Part shown: positions 9,951 through 20,389 of the stretch, piece by piece | Layout of the letters: each line of letters begins with the position of its first letter | How positions within the stretch are numbered: the stretch's first letter is position 1 | Sequence record: PP261279.1 | Direction: 5' to 3' (one strand) | Source: Escherichia phage ECP2303 | DNA: 64,000 bases | The notes under the pieces: model-generated | What the model saw: the letters and a program-made list of their open reading frames with translations, nothing else | What the model was told of the DNA's origin: nothing | Database searches by the model: none | Translations under genes and position numbers: made by a program

Positions 9951-10502
9951 TTACTGACCACTGTCTGTAACCGATTTATCAGAATTGGGTGAAGGGAAGT
10001 GCGTGGTTATTTCAGCCTTAATTCCCTGAAGATCCTCAAAAGCCCCAATGTCTGTCTCAACAAACCTTACGTTAAATGTCAGCATTACCGTGGCTCTATT
10101 TTCATACGTCTGCTTATTCAACGGCACCCTTTGAGGGGAGATTGTTGAATTGTTAGAGTAAGCAAAGCACGACCCCAGAGGGAAATACTTGTCATAAAAC
10201 ATTGGAAGATTTATTGCTTGCAATACTCTGCTAAGTGCAGCATGTGCCCTGCCACGATAAGCTGTTAACAGATAGGTAACAGTGTAACTGTGTGTTACGT
10301 AAGCATTACCCTCCGCATCTTGAAACTCATTATCTTCCCAAGTGGTTGGATTGATCGCCAAGGTTTGTAAAAGTACAAACTCACCTTCCGGCTTCGGTAT
10401 GGTAGAGCTTTCTGCCAGAACTACAGTTCTTCCTGTGGCAACCTTGACAAGCTTAGCAATGGTTGTTTCAAGATCAGAAAAAACTTTTTCGAAAGCTTCC
10501 AT
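9951..10502 (-). CDS. head-tail joining / tail completion protein, hypothetical
   Basis: 183-aa ORF between the capsid and tail modules. Confidence 0.35.
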   Translation of the reverse strand: MEAFEKVFSDLETTIAKLVKVATGRTVVLAESSTIPKPEGEFVLLQTLAINPTTWEDNEFQDAEGNAYVTHSYTVTYLLTAYRGRAHAALSRVLQAINLPMFYDKYFPLGSCFAYSNNSTISPQRVPLNKQTYENRATVMLTFNVRFVETDIGAFEDLQGIKAEITTHFPSPNSDKSVTDSGQ

Positions 10503-10927
10503 CAGTCTTCTCCTTCAGGCTCTTCTACCACAAAAAATCTATATCTTCCACCACCAGACGTGACATATGCATCGCATTTTAAAACGGTAAACCATTTCAA
10601 GTCACCACGGATGTCAGGCAGCTGAATTTGATCAGCCATTGCATATGTTCCTTCATCTGGACTATACAACTTGGTTGAGGAGTAAACTGTAAAAGCCTCG
10701 TACTGTCTGTCACCTTCGGGATTTATTTGAGAGGAGTAATCTTTAGCTGCCCTTCCTGTCAACGGCTGCACAACACACTCTAAGACATCAAACTCTTCAT
10801 ACTCAAGTTCTAACCCCTCGTTAGCAAAAGGACCACCAACTGTTTTGTTATACACTCTGTGGCGACCTTTGAATGTTTTGCGGGGTATTAGCCTGTTCTT
10901 TCCTATCAGCTTATAACCTGCTGCCAC
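10502..10927 (-). CDS. head-tail joining protein, hypothetical
   Basis: 141-aa ORF, overlapping start/stop with neighbours. Confidence 0.35.
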   Translation of the reverse strand: MAAGYKLIGKNRLIPRKTFKGRHRVYNKTVGGPFANEGLELEYEEFDVLECVVQPLTGRAAKDYSSQINPEGDRQYEAFTVYSSTKLYSPDEGTYAMADQIQLPDIRGDLKWFTVLKCDAYVTSGGGRYRFFVVEEPEGED

Positions 10928-10936
10928 TCAACCCCC

Positions 10937-11413
10937 TTATTTTTGCTGTCCAATTTTAAAGGTTGCAGATTCCAGCAGCACATCGTAATGCCGCATAGCC
11001 TCGTTGAAGCCCTTCTCTTGTGCCCACTGCTCACTAACAGTAGGGTTACTAAACTGCCCAGCCTCAATAACAAACTGGATAGCTTTGGCTCCTGTGTCCC
11101 CCATCTGCTTAAGAACAGCCTCTGCACTTGATCCTCTAGCCATAGCTCTCAACAATTTTTCTGTCAAGGTCTGCAGTTGCGTGCTGTGAAATGCAAAGGC
11201 CGTCTCCATGAAATTGCGAACAGGCAGCCCGTTCCAACCGAAGTTGTGAATAGCTGCCAATGTTGCCATATTTAAGCCTGACGGGTGAGGTTCATCATAA
11301 AAGCCGTAGGTTATTGTTTTGCTTTCAAGTTTCACAAGGTCTTTATAAAAGCGATCTAAACGCTTTAAGTTGAACCTTGTTTGACATTTAACCTTTAGCA
11401 TTATATTCCTCAC
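10937..11413 (-). CDS. neck / head completion protein, hypothetical
   Basis: 158-aa ORF in the neck region. Confidence 0.35.
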   Translation of the reverse strand: MRNIMLKVKCQTRFNLKRLDRFYKDLVKLESKTITYGFYDEPHPSGLNMATLAAIHNFGWNGLPVRNFMETAFAFHSTQLQTLTEKLLRAMARGSSAEAVLKQMGDTGAKAIQFVIEAGQFSNPTVSEQWAQEKGFNEAMRHYDVLLESATFKIGQQK

Positions 11414-11454
11414 TAATGTATTTTACCACAAAGATACATCAAAAGCAACAATTT

Positions 11455-12132
11455 TTAAAAACTGCGTTTGCGTCTTGGGTGGCGAGGAGGTTGATTATTT
11501 AGACCACTGATAGGTGTAATCCCTTGGACATCGAAAGGGCCGTTACTGTTTTCATTAAATTTAACCCGAATTCCTTCGTCTACACGAACACCCCCAATGA
11601 TAATCATTCTGCTATAAGCATCTAACTCAGAGTCTACATAGTCAGGGTGTGCCAGCAGCCAATCAAGGAAATCTTTCCACTGGGCGTAGGAAGATCCACC
11701 ACGGATCTCTATGGTCTCATCACCTATCTTTTCCAGACGAGAAGTTATACTTGCATTACCGCTGGACACTTCCTGCATCATCAGCCACCGCACAAGCTGC
11801 ACAAGCACATTGTACTTAAGCAGTGGTAGCTTATCAGGGTCTGCCGGATAATTTAGTTTCAGCTTCTCCATGTCAAGGAATGTTTTAATTACTCCGTCAG
11901 GGAGTGTTTCCTCATCAATATTGCCAAGCAATAACCTCATAATATCAATAAGAGGTTGGTCTGGATCAGGTTCCGGAGGTACAGGATCTTCTTTTGGTGG
12001 TTCTTCTGGGGTATCGACTACACCATCATGGTTAGGCGGGGACGGGATAATCTCTTCATCTTCATACCATGCCATTTGAAAATACCTCGTAAAAATAAAG
12101 CCCCATTCCTGATTTGGAAGGGGCCTTAACAA
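11455..12132 (-). CDS. head-tail connector protein, hypothetical
   Basis: 225-aa acidic ORF in the neck region. Confidence 0.35.
   Translation of the reverse strand: MLRPLPNQEWGFIFTRYFQMAWYEDEEIIPSPPNHDGVVDTPEEPPKEDPVPPEPDPDQPLIDIMRLLLGNIDEETLPDGVIKTFLDMEKLKLNYPADPDKLPLLKYNVLVQLVRWLMMQEVSSGNASITSRLEKIGDETIEIRGGSSYAQWKDFLDWLLAHPDYVDSELDAYSRMIIIGGVRVDEGIRVKFNENSNGPFDVQGITPISGLNNQPPRHPRRKRSF
12088..12125 (-). terminator. terminator-like hairpin
   Basis: GCCCC..TTCC / GGAA..GGGGC stem followed on the minus strand by TTTATTTTT. Confidence 0.5.
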
Positions 12133-12134
12133 AA

Positions 12135-12989
12135 TTATGCCAGTGCAGCCTCAAAATCTTTCATCATATTTTGGAAAGTTTTTGCCTTACTTAAGGTAAC
12201 ACCGTACTCTTTAGCAAAGGTTTGGAGTGCATCTTTTGAACCACTTTTGTCATCTTCGTTGTTAAGAGCTGCGGCTTGCTGCAGTATGGCATCAGTATCA
12301 CTGTGAGAAGATCTTGATTCTTGTGCCTGTTCAGGATCCTGCTCAGTACCTTCCGTACCTTCCGGTGCAGTCGGGCCTGGTGATTCCTCGCCGCCACCAC
12401 CAGGTTCAGTAGGGCCTACAGGTGGCTCCGGCTCAGGTTCAGGCTCTGGAGCCACTGTAGAAGTTAGCCCAAGATTTACAACCTGAGAACGTTTCTTAGG
12501 CCACTCAATAGTGAAAGTTTGGGTATCTTCTTCATAAACAATGCTGCATTGCTCATCGTTTATGGTCACTTTTTTAGGCATCCCTACAGGGTCCCACAGA
12601 TGTCCCTCTGCCACGGAAACTTTGAAAGCGGCATCTACCTCTTTAAACACTGACGGAGTGAGTGTGATATTGACATCTCCGCTTTGCAGTGTTAAAGTGC
12701 TTTCATCAAGGTTCTCTGTGAAGAACAGAAGAATAACACCCATACGGATAGTTGAAATACCGGTATCAATTGGCAGGCCTGTATGTTTTGCAATCTTCTC
12801 GAAGAAGTCTACAATAGTTCTGCATGGATAGTGAACACTGCCAATAACGAATTCTGTTGGTGGCAGCAAGGCTGATAAACCAACATTGATTTCTGGGTTA
12901 TATTGTGCTAAAAATTGATAGAAACTTAACTGATTGTTGAAAACTCTTAATAGAGGATCATACTCAACTGGATATACGGCTCTCTTCAC
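12135..12989 (-). CDS. structural protein with Pro/Glu-rich linker
   Basis: 284 aa with a central PEPEPEPEPPVGPTEPGGGG linker separating two domains; sits just after the capsid gene terminator. Confidence 0.4.
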   Translation of the reverse strand: MKRAVYPVEYDPLLRVFNNQLSFYQFLAQYNPEINVGLSALLPPTEFVIGSVHYPCRTIVDFFEKIAKHTGLPIDTGISTIRMGVILLFFTENLDESTLTLQSGDVNITLTPSVFKEVDAAFKVSVAEGHLWDPVGMPKKVTINDEQCSIVYEEDTQTFTIEWPKKRSQVVNLGLTSTVAPEPEPEPEPPVGPTEPGGGGEESPGPTAPEGTEGTEQDPEQAQESRSSHSDTDAILQQAAALNNEDDKSGSKDALQTFAKEYGVTLSKAKTFQNMMKDFEAALA

Positions 12990-13007
12990 GGGACACTCCT
13001 GTTAAAC

Positions 13008-13045
13008 CCTAATAAATAAAAAGGGGAGGGGAGAACCCCCTCCCC
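13008..13045 (-). terminator. strong intrinsic terminator after the major capsid gene
   Basis: GGGGAGGGG-AGAA-CCCCCTCCCC stem-loop followed on the minus strand by TTTTTATTTATT. Confidence 0.75.
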
Positions 13046-13069
13046 ATATGGGATGAATCACCTTAGTGA

Positions 13070-14080
13070 TTAGCCACCGTTTTTCAGAGTTACTTTAACA
13101 ACCAACTCTGGACGGGTGTTAACTGCCAGCATGGAAGTTTCAGATTCAATCTTCTCTTCACGCAGGTATGCAGAGTGTTTGTACCACATATACAGTTCCT
13201 GTGCTGGAGTGTTTGCTTCGTTAACATCATCTGCCGGAGCAAAGTGCAGCTGGAACATCTGATCAATACCCATCGGCAGAATGCGAGCTTCTTTCTTAGG
13301 AATATTGCCAGAGATATCTTCGATAAAGGTGATACCTTTATGTTCAAACACACGGTATACGCTGTCTTGACCGCCAGCACCAAGACGGCGACGCAGAGGT
13401 TCCTGAGCAGAGCCGTAATAGGTGTATGCCAGTTCTACCAGCGGGTGATGGGTAATAGCACTGAAGAACTCTGGTGAGCACAGAGCTACAATACGATAGC
13501 CAGCTGCGTTATCACCAGCTTGCAGTGCGATGTGCAGACGAGCTTCTTCCAGAACCTCCATAGGATCCTGATCTGCTTTTGCAGGGTCAATCTCAACAGA
13601 TTTCTGTTCAACACCCCACAGAGTGTAGTAGTCATACTGACAGGTGGTGTCACCAGGTGCATAGGATTTACCCAGAATAGCCTGGAACAGCGCTTTCTCA
13701 CGCAGTGCTTCATGAGAAACACGGATACGGCGAACAACGCGGGTTACTACGTCCTGAACAGTTTTCGGAGCATCAGGGGTGAAGTAACGACGGAAGTTCT
13801 GAACATCTGCGGCAGTGATGCCTTTGTCCAGAGGGAAGAACGGGATGTTCAGGTTTTTAACCTGGGCACGTTCACTACCAACGTAGTTACGCTCACCACC
13901 ACGACGGCGTGCCGGAATGTCGGTTACAACTTCATCAACACGCTCGATCTGAGCAATCGTTGAGGTGCCGAGACGGGTTTCGAACAGATCCATACCAGTA
14001 ATCAGTCGGAATTGGCGCGGAACAAGTTCCAGAGTAGCACCTAAATCAACAATGCCAAATTCATCTTTACGAGTAATCAT
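13070..14080 (-). CDS. major capsid protein
   Basis: 336 aa, follows the decoration and scaffold genes in lambda-like order and is followed by the strongest terminator in the window. Confidence 0.7.
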   Translation of the reverse strand: MITRKDEFGIVDLGATLELVPRQFRLITGMDLFETRLGTSTIAQIERVDEVVTDIPARRRGGERNYVGSERAQVKNLNIPFFPLDKGITAADVQNFRRYFTPDAPKTVQDVVTRVVRRIRVSHEALREKALFQAILGKSYAPGDTTCQYDYYTLWGVEQKSVEIDPAKADQDPMEVLEEARLHIALQAGDNAAGYRIVALCSPEFFSAITHHPLVELAYTYYGSAQEPLRRRLGAGGQDSVYRVFEHKGITFIEDISGNIPKKEARILPMGIDQMFQLHFAPADDVNEANTPAQELYMWYKHSAYLREEKIESETSMLAVNTRPELVVKVTLKNGG

Positions 14081-14127
14081 TTATTTCTCCAAAGTAAAAC
14101 TTAAATATTTCCCGAACAATTTAGGGC

Positions 14128-14517
14128 TTACTCATCACCAAGGGTCTGGACTTGAACCTTGTTACCAAGGGCCTCAAGCTTGTCTAACACAGCCTGTGCT
14201 GCTTTAGCGCCACCAGTTGCCAGCAATTTATCCTTGGCAAAAGTAACACCACGTACAGCAACAACCAGTTTATATTTCTTTGTGCCAAGAGGTTCAGCGA
14301 TATGCACTTTACCAGCAGAGTCTGGAATTAAAGCACGATCCACCAGAACGCCGTAAGCGTCTGAACCGTCCTGATTGGCAATGCTACCATCTTTGGTCAC
14401 AACCGTGCCAGCGTGGTGATGCTCTGTCAGTGTAATTTCCATCTCTTTAAAATTGTAGCCAGCATCGCTAGAATCAACTTTGCCGAGCACGATATCAGAA
14501 TATTGAGCGGTAATCAT
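14128..14517 (-). CDS. head decoration protein (lambda D-like)
   Basis: 129-aa Gly/Ala-rich protein immediately upstream of the capsid gene, the position lambda gpD occupies. Confidence 0.4.
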   Translation of the reverse strand: MITAQYSDIVLGKVDSSDAGYNFKEMEITLTEHHHAGTVVTKDGSIANQDGSDAYGVLVDRALIPDSAGKVHIAEPLGTKKYKLVVAVRGVTFAKDKLLATGGAKAAQAVLDKLEALGNKVQVQTLGDE

Positions 14518-14537
14518 TTATTTCCCCCGTTAATGTC

Positions 14538-15515
14538 TTATTTGGTAGATTCTGCACGTGCACGAGCAAGTGCTTTTGCAACGTTTTCAGCAAGAATTTC
14601 TTCTGCGGATTTTGCAATATCATCCACAACAGGTTCGCCATCATTACCATGTTCAGTGGTGGCAAACTCTTCTTTGGTTTTATGCACCTCTGCTTCCAGC
14701 TCTTTAATTTTGGCTTGAGCTTTCTCCAGCATAGCTACGATAGGTTCGTTAGCTTTTTCCAGCATGAAGTCAACCAGGGTTGCATGATCTTCTTCACCAA
14801 CAAAGCTTAAAGCTTGAGCTTTAGCCAGCATTTTAGCTTTTTCAACTTCAACCTGGGCCTTGATGATTTCTTCAGCTTTACTCTGGGTTGCTTTCAGCTC
14901 TTCTACTTGCTTCAGCAGATCCAGATACTCTTTAGTTTTGGTTACGTCCACCGGATTCTCCTCGGTATTTGCGGATTTTGCAACATCATCCACCTCGGTA
15001 GTTTTATCCACCTCAGTAGGTTCCTGTACCGCCTTGATCAGGTTCCCTTCTTTATCGAAGAGATCAGCGGTTACTTGTTCAAAAATCTGTTGTGTTTTTA
15101 ACAGGCTGTACTGATCTACCACACTAAGCTGCTTGCCTTCTTTTGCAGCTTTATGAATGGTCACGTTATCACAACGCTCTTCCAGCCATGCAATGCAAGA
15201 CTCTGCGTCAGCTTGCGCCCATTCCCAATCAGGATGCTCTTTAGCCCAAGCTTCCTCTTCAATCTCAAAACCAAGCATGTGTGCGAGTGCTTTGGCATCG
15301 TCATACCACATATCGAAGAAACGACGCAGGTATTCTTCAAAACTCAGCTCCACAGTAACTTGGCGAAGTGCCTTAACAATATCGTCTGTTAACTGCTCAG
15401 GCTGAAGATCACTCTTCATCAAAAGAGATACAGGTCTGTTGTTAGCGCTATAGCCTTGAGCCTTATGGCACAGGGCAATCCCCTTCTCTTTAATAGTGAT
15501 TGTTTTTTCAGACAT
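14538..15515 (-). CDS. scaffolding protein (putative)
   Basis: 325 aa, acidic with long predicted coiled-coil stretches (EEL/KEL repeats), between portal and capsid genes. Confidence 0.5.
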   Translation of the reverse strand: MSEKTITIKEKGIALCHKAQGYSANNRPVSLLMKSDLQPEQLTDDIVKALRQVTVELSFEEYLRRFFDMWYDDAKALAHMLGFEIEEEAWAKEHPDWEWAQADAESCIAWLEERCDNVTIHKAAKEGKQLSVVDQYSLLKTQQIFEQVTADLFDKEGNLIKAVQEPTEVDKTTEVDDVAKSANTEENPVDVTKTKEYLDLLKQVEELKATQSKAEEIIKAQVEVEKAKMLAKAQALSFVGEEDHATLVDFMLEKANEPIVAMLEKAQAKIKELEAEVHKTKEEFATTEHGNDGEPVVDDIAKSAEEILAENVAKALARARAESTK

Positions 15516-15934
15516 TATTCATTGCCCTCTTCTACAACACTGATCCCGAAATTTACGTTGGTAATTTCGCCCGTCTCTTCATCAACATTGCCTGTTGCCT
15601 GAATGCTTAGGCCACCAACAATGCCAGCCTTCTTAGCTTCCCATAATTCAGGATTATTGTATTTAACTTTAGCAACCCAAGAGCCAGCCTTGATGACCTG
15701 CTCAGTACCAATTACTACAACATCAAACTCTTCTTGAATCCACGTCTTTTCAATAGTGAAAGCATCTGTAGAGGTCAAGTGGAAAAGGTTTTCAGAAACT
15801 AGGCCTGCGGCGTATGCTGCGTCCCAATTATCTTTAGCCTTTTTGATGGTGTCTTTACTCATCCACTCACCGTGAGCGTCTTTAGTGTCCGGTTCGTAGA
15901 TGATTTCGTAGGAAATCATTTCTTCCTGTGGCAT
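15515..15934 (-). CDS. head morphogenesis protein, hypothetical
   Basis: Track ORF 15515..16090 trimmed to an internal Met with a GGGGAA Shine-Dalgarno so it no longer overlaps the portal gene; coordinates approximate. Confidence 0.35.
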   Translation of the reverse strand: MPQEEMISYEIIYEPDTKDAHGEWMSKDTIKKAKDNWDAAYAAGLVSENLFHLTSTDAFTIEKTWIQEEFDVVVIGTEQVIKAGSWVAKVKYNNPELWEAKKAGIVGGLSIQATGNVDEETGEITNVNFGISVVEEGNE

Positions 15935-16001
15935 CTTATTCCCCATGTGGATTATTTTATCACGCCAAAGGAGGTTTTGCAACCCCCTGTGTTGATAATT
16001 T

Positions 16002-17558
16002 TTAATTTTCCATGTTGGATATGGAATTATCTCTGGTTGATGACATCTTAGAAGTGCCGTTGCCAGTGGATCCTGCAGCCATACCATCACCAGCCCTGCT
16101 GATATCCTGGCCCAAAAGCTTCATCAGCTCTTCTTGATCCATGTCTTCGTCAAATCTTTCATCAAACCCGCCTACTTCAAGAATCTTATTAATTACTGTA
16201 GGAGTTTTTGGCAAGTAACCTACAGCACCGATCCTCTGGACAAACTTGGAGAAGCTCTCCATGTCCACTTCTTCAATCAGACCAGGTTTCAGTTTAGGCA
16301 TATCATCATCTTCAAGGATGATACCATTCAATGCCAGAAGCTGTGGAATAAGATCTTTATTGAAGGCCTCAGTGATAATATCTATATCACGCTGAACAAA
16401 ATGCCCATGGATGGATTGTTTTGACTCAGACAGAGAGAAGGACCCAACGTTATCGTTACCAAGGTTAATAAAGCCAGCACCGAAACGGTCAAGAATCGCC
16501 TTCTTACGGGCATCAATCAAATCTTTAGTGGAATACTGCTTACCCATACCATCAACCCCCTTCAGGGTCATGGAGTAAAGCTCTTTACCAGACTTATCTC
16601 TATCAGACGGAAGTATAAAGAAACTTTGCTCCCCACTATGGGCGTTTGCTGCGTCCAACATAAGATCTGCAACCATTCTCCCTTCCATCGAATTCGGGTC
16701 AATGCTGGCCTTGTTCAAAATATTGGAAGGAATTTTCAGCTCAAGCACACCACCAAGGTCTTTGGAGCAGCCAACAACCTCAAGGTTTTCAATCAAAACT
16801 TTCTCACGGAAAGATCTGTAGCAACCTATCATCGGTGACACACCTGCAGGATTAGATTCTGTTCCTGACAGAGTCATGAGCATAAGCTTTTTAGCAGGGA
16901 TGAAAATTTCAGGCTCATTAAAGCCTTTTGAAGGCATTGCAGCAAGAGGACCAGCCCAGCGTGCATTCTGCGTGTTTAGAAATGCATTAGGTGATTGATA
17001 AATACCTGTCAGTGTTCTACTATTCTTGTCAAAGACAAACGGCTCTGATCTGGACAAACTGGCCTGTGGTCGGAACGCAATCTTATCAATAAGAAGCATC
17101 CCGGCGTATTTACCTTCTTTCTCTCTGCGGTATACTTTCTCAAACAGTGAAAAACCATACTCGTTAAAGGTAGCTGCGCTTCTTGCAATATCTCGAAGAG
17201 TTTGTTGGTTTGCCAAATTACGCAAAGAATACTCTACAAGCTCGGCAGCTTTCTTAGAGTCTTCACTTTTAACATTATAAAGTATCTTAAAATCATTAAA
17301 TGCTTTCGTGATGAAAACATATTTTGTATCTAAGGCAGTAGCAACTGTGGAATCACATTTCATAGTTTCCACTGTAGCAATCAGCTGAGGCCAACGCAAT
17401 TCCTCAACCATCATAGATTGTGATTCTGCCATAATTTGGGAAAGTGCGCCAGAACCGATCTCACTCATACGAACATTATGAGTTGGTGCGCCTGCGTTCC
17501 CAGATTTATTCACAGTTTTGGCTGTGGCGTTGTGTTTCCTGCGGTTCTTTTTGGACAC
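16002..17558 (-). CDS. portal protein (putative)
   Basis: 518 aa, immediately downstream of the terminase large subunit gene. Confidence 0.6.
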   Translation of the reverse strand: MSKKNRRKHNATAKTVNKSGNAGAPTHNVRMSEIGSGALSQIMAESQSMMVEELRWPQLIATVETMKCDSTVATALDTKYVFITKAFNDFKILYNVKSEDSKKAAELVEYSLRNLANQQTLRDIARSAATFNEYGFSLFEKVYRREKEGKYAGMLLIDKIAFRPQASLSRSEPFVFDKNSRTLTGIYQSPNAFLNTQNARWAGPLAAMPSKGFNEPEIFIPAKKLMLMTLSGTESNPAGVSPMIGCYRSFREKVLIENLEVVGCSKDLGGVLELKIPSNILNKASIDPNSMEGRMVADLMLDAANAHSGEQSFFILPSDRDKSGKELYSMTLKGVDGMGKQYSTKDLIDARKKAILDRFGAGFINLGNDNVGSFSLSESKQSIHGHFVQRDIDIITEAFNKDLIPQLLALNGIILEDDDMPKLKPGLIEEVDMESFSKFVQRIGAVGYLPKTPTVINKILEVGGFDERFDEDMDQEELMKLLGQDISRAGDGMAAGSTGNGTSKMSSTRDNSISNMEN

Positions 17559-17660
17559 AAGCTTTACCCCTCAAAACAGTATAACAAAATAGCCCTCGTG
17601 TCAGAGGGCTAGTATCTCCGATTACTCTATTCTACCACATCTAATTAAGATTGGCAACAC

Positions 17661-19208
17661 TTAGATAAAACGCTTGAACATAGAAGGTGATGAGATTGAT
17701 GGAATCACACAAGGCAGCGCTACCTCCTCTTTCTCTAGGAAATTAATCGCAGAAGCTACACAGTCGGCCCAGTCGTCTTTTCTGTTAAATGTTGATCTTT
17801 CCCCGTTGAACTTTTCAAGTTCAGTCAGAAATGCTTCCAGAGTGTCAGGATGGAAACTGGATTTTACAATCCTCACCATTCCTTGTTGGGCAAGATTGGC
17901 AAAAGGTGAGAACCTTGTCAGTTTAGATTTGTTGGAAGGCATTGGATCTTCTTCAACCCTGAACCCTTCGGCGAGCAAGGATCTGGATGAGGTTAAGAAC
18001 TCACTCTTACCTGCCTGGCCGGGGTCCACAGAAAATACGATTATGCAATCATCTCCATCAAACTGTGCCTGTTTCCTGATGATCACATCTCGTTCCCCAG
18101 CCTTTTTACAGAACTTGCCTTCCAGACCTGTGGAATACCTACCGTCATCCACGTTCTCAGGACAATAATCTCCGGACAGGTAATAAAAGCCGTCGCTATC
18201 TTTACTTACCTTAACACTGGCGGTAAAGTCAGGAAATTTATTACCGGAAGTTCTCTCGGTCCCTGCCTTATCCCATGCCCTGCAAGATACTGATCCAAGA
18301 GGTACTCTATCGGCATCCCGAAGGAAAGATCTTTGGAAATAGTTTGCACCCTCAGGTTTGGCAAACCAGTTGCCATGAAGAAGCTGGGCTTTTTCAAGCT
18401 CTGGCAGACCTTCAAGGAAAGCAAGGTATTCTGGGTTGTCTCTCAAGCAGACAGGATTATCGAAAATTGTTGCGCCTATAAACGAGAATGACAACGGTCT
18501 TGGCTTGATCTCCACACCCAGTCCGTTAACCGTGGTGTATTTCTCTATTAACTCTTCTTTAGAGTCTCCCCAAATAAATTCACCGTCGCGTCGGATAAAA
18601 TATCTTTTCTTACCACATTTCTCCGGATCTGGATACCCTTCATCGTCCAACCACCACCTAACCAGTTTGGCAAGCATGTGTTCTGAGTCGGGGTTACAGC
18701 TGATAACCATTCTTGATGGATACTTTGACTGAGATCGCAGACGAGACATCAAATAGTCTATCTGCTCCCATTCGAATTGCGTGCCTTCATCGAAGCAAAC
18801 CATGGTGTACTCAAGGCCTTGATGGTTAAGCTTATCTTGGACATACTCCATGTGGCAGTATTTTACAACGGCCCCCTTTTTGCTCCTATCCCACTTGCCA
18901 GTGCTCGGATCAAACCGTGGAAAAATAAACTTATGATCCTTCTCTCTGAACTTTGGTTTAATGTTTTCAGGCAGATCACTGTAAATAGCTACTGCTTTAG
19001 GCCATAGCCCACCCTCACCTTCCAACTGGGGAGTTGTTCTTCGGAACATAACCACAGAGCTGTGCGGGTCATCAATAATTTTAAGCGGCATTAGCTGCAA
19101 GAGGAACGACTTGCCAGACCCAGCTGCACCTCCGATCACCAAAATATCTGCATCGTTCTCTAGGATCATCTTCTGCTTTTCAGAACACGGTCCGTAAATC
19201 TTAGACAT
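17661..19208 (-). CDS. terminase large subunit
   Basis: 515 aa with an N-terminal Walker A (VIGGAAGSGKS) and a C-terminal nuclease-like region. Confidence 0.85.
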   Translation of the reverse strand: MSKIYGPCSEKQKMILENDADILVIGGAAGSGKSFLLQLMPLKIIDDPHSSVVMFRRTTPQLEGEGGLWPKAVAIYSDLPENIKPKFREKDHKFIFPRFDPSTGKWDRSKKGAVVKYCHMEYVQDKLNHQGLEYTMVCFDEGTQFEWEQIDYLMSRLRSQSKYPSRMVISCNPDSEHMLAKLVRWWLDDEGYPDPEKCGKKRYFIRRDGEFIWGDSKEELIEKYTTVNGLGVEIKPRPLSFSFIGATIFDNPVCLRDNPEYLAFLEGLPELEKAQLLHGNWFAKPEGANYFQRSFLRDADRVPLGSVSCRAWDKAGTERTSGNKFPDFTASVKVSKDSDGFYYLSGDYCPENVDDGRYSTGLEGKFCKKAGERDVIIRKQAQFDGDDCIIVFSVDPGQAGKSEFLTSSRSLLAEGFRVEEDPMPSNKSKLTRFSPFANLAQQGMVRIVKSSFHPDTLEAFLTELEKFNGERSTFNRKDDWADCVASAINFLEKEEVALPCVIPSISSPSMFKRFI

Positions 19209-19495
19209 TAACCTCTCTCCTTTGGAAACAGTGTTCTTATATAGTCTTGCAAAATGATCAATTTAGCTCTATCATTACTACAAGACAGGTTATTATCCCT
19301 CATAATGCCAGAATTCACCGCATCTGGCGCACCTTTCTTCAAAGGGATAGCTTTAGCAGGTGGTTTCATAGCACCCTCGGGAGGTTTAACAATCAACCTT
19401 CCTACATTCGGAGGGTCAATCTTGTATTCTCTCTCAACGCTGGTTGCACACCCACACAATAACAAGCACAAAACAACCAGTGCAGTAACTCTCAT
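19208..19495 (-). CDS. o-spanin (Rz1-like outer-membrane lipoprotein)
   Basis: 95 aa, signal peptide with lipobox LLLCGC, Pro-rich mature part, overlaps the upstream i-spanin-like gene by 4 nt. Confidence 0.6.
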   Translation of the reverse strand: MRVTALVVLCLLLCGCATSVEREYKIDPPNVGRLIVKPPEGAMKPPAKAIPLKKGAPDAVNSGIMRDNNLSCSNDRAKLIILQDYIRTLFPKERG

Positions 19496-19890
19496 CGAAC
19501 CTCCTGATTGATACTCTCATTATAAATATCTATTAGCTGATCAGGAAGTGTTGACTTCTTACCTTCAGGAGATTGGAGGTAGATAATCTGCTTTTCTTTA
19601 CCTGCCTTCTCAGCCATATTTAATTTATCCTGTAGATCAGAAAGAGATTTTTCAAGGTTTTTAACCTCCTCTGCGTGGCCCATTTTAATTTTGTCGGCCT
19701 GCTTTTGTTGTTGGTCAAGGATCCGTTCCCACTTTAACTCTGTTGCTGACACACCTTCTTGATAAGCATCATTGAGCTTAGAGTTAAACCAATACACGGC
19801 CCCAAGATAAGCCATGCCTATAGCCGCTGCAAAAACTAAACCTTTTATGATCCCTCTGTGTTTACTCATCAATGTTAAAACTGAAATCAT
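19492..19890 (-). CDS. i-spanin (Rz-like)
   Basis: 132 aa, N-terminal transmembrane segment then a coiled-coil periplasmic domain; GGAG Shine-Dalgarno upstream. Confidence 0.55.
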   Translation of the reverse strand: MISVLTLMSKHRGIIKGLVFAAAIGMAYLGAVYWFNSKLNDAYQEGVSATELKWERILDQQQKQADKIKMGHAEEVKNLEKSLSDLQDKLNMAEKAGKEKQIIYLQSPEGKKSTLPDQLIDIYNESINQEVR

Positions 19891-19996
19891 TTTTAAGGCT
19901 CCAGAAACGAAAAAACCCCGCAGCTATACAGCTAACGGGGCGGGTTAAAATTGAGTAACCTAAATAGATCGAAACTAACTAAAAGGAGACTAATAC

Positions 19997-20266
19997 TTAT
20001 CGAGGCACTCGGTGGATGATTCTGACAGTAACCGCATTCTCATTCATCAAGTAAGCATCCACATCTCTGTAAATATAAAACTTCTGCTCGCTATCAACAA
20101 CACAAGCTACTGCCCCTTCAGAGTTGTCTTCAAAGAAGACCACAACTGCATCGCAGCTTAGTTCATGATACGACTCTCGAAGATTTACAGCAAGAGGGTT
20201 GAAATCGTCACGAAGATCTAAAGTATGGGTTGGATTTACACGTTCTACAATTTTAAGTGTATACAT
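19997..20266 (-). CDS. hypothetical protein
   Basis: 89-aa ORF downstream of the tRNA cluster. Confidence 0.4.
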   Translation of the reverse strand: MYTLKIVERVNPTHTLDLRDDFNPLAVNLRESYHELSCDAVVVFFEDNSEGAVACVVDSEQKFYIYRDVDAYLMNENAVTVRIIHRVPR

Positions 20267-20312
20267 TTTAAAGGTTCCTTTTGTGTGTATATATTTAAAG
20301 TATAACTAAAGG

Positions 20313-20389
20313 TGGTCTCCACGGAGTGATTCGAACACTCGACCTCCTGATCCCAAATCAGGCGCTCTACCAAGCTGAGCTACGCGGAG
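20313..20389 (-). tRNA. tRNA-Pro (anticodon UGG)
   Basis: Hand-folded cloverleaf: T-loop TTCGAAT, anticodon loop UUUGGGA, CCA encoded. Confidence 0.7.

Noticed and set aside
10906-11127. Minus-strand 73-aa ORF overlapping the 10937..11413 gene
   Set aside because: Alternative-frame overlap with a longer, better-supported neighbouring gene; no independent signals.
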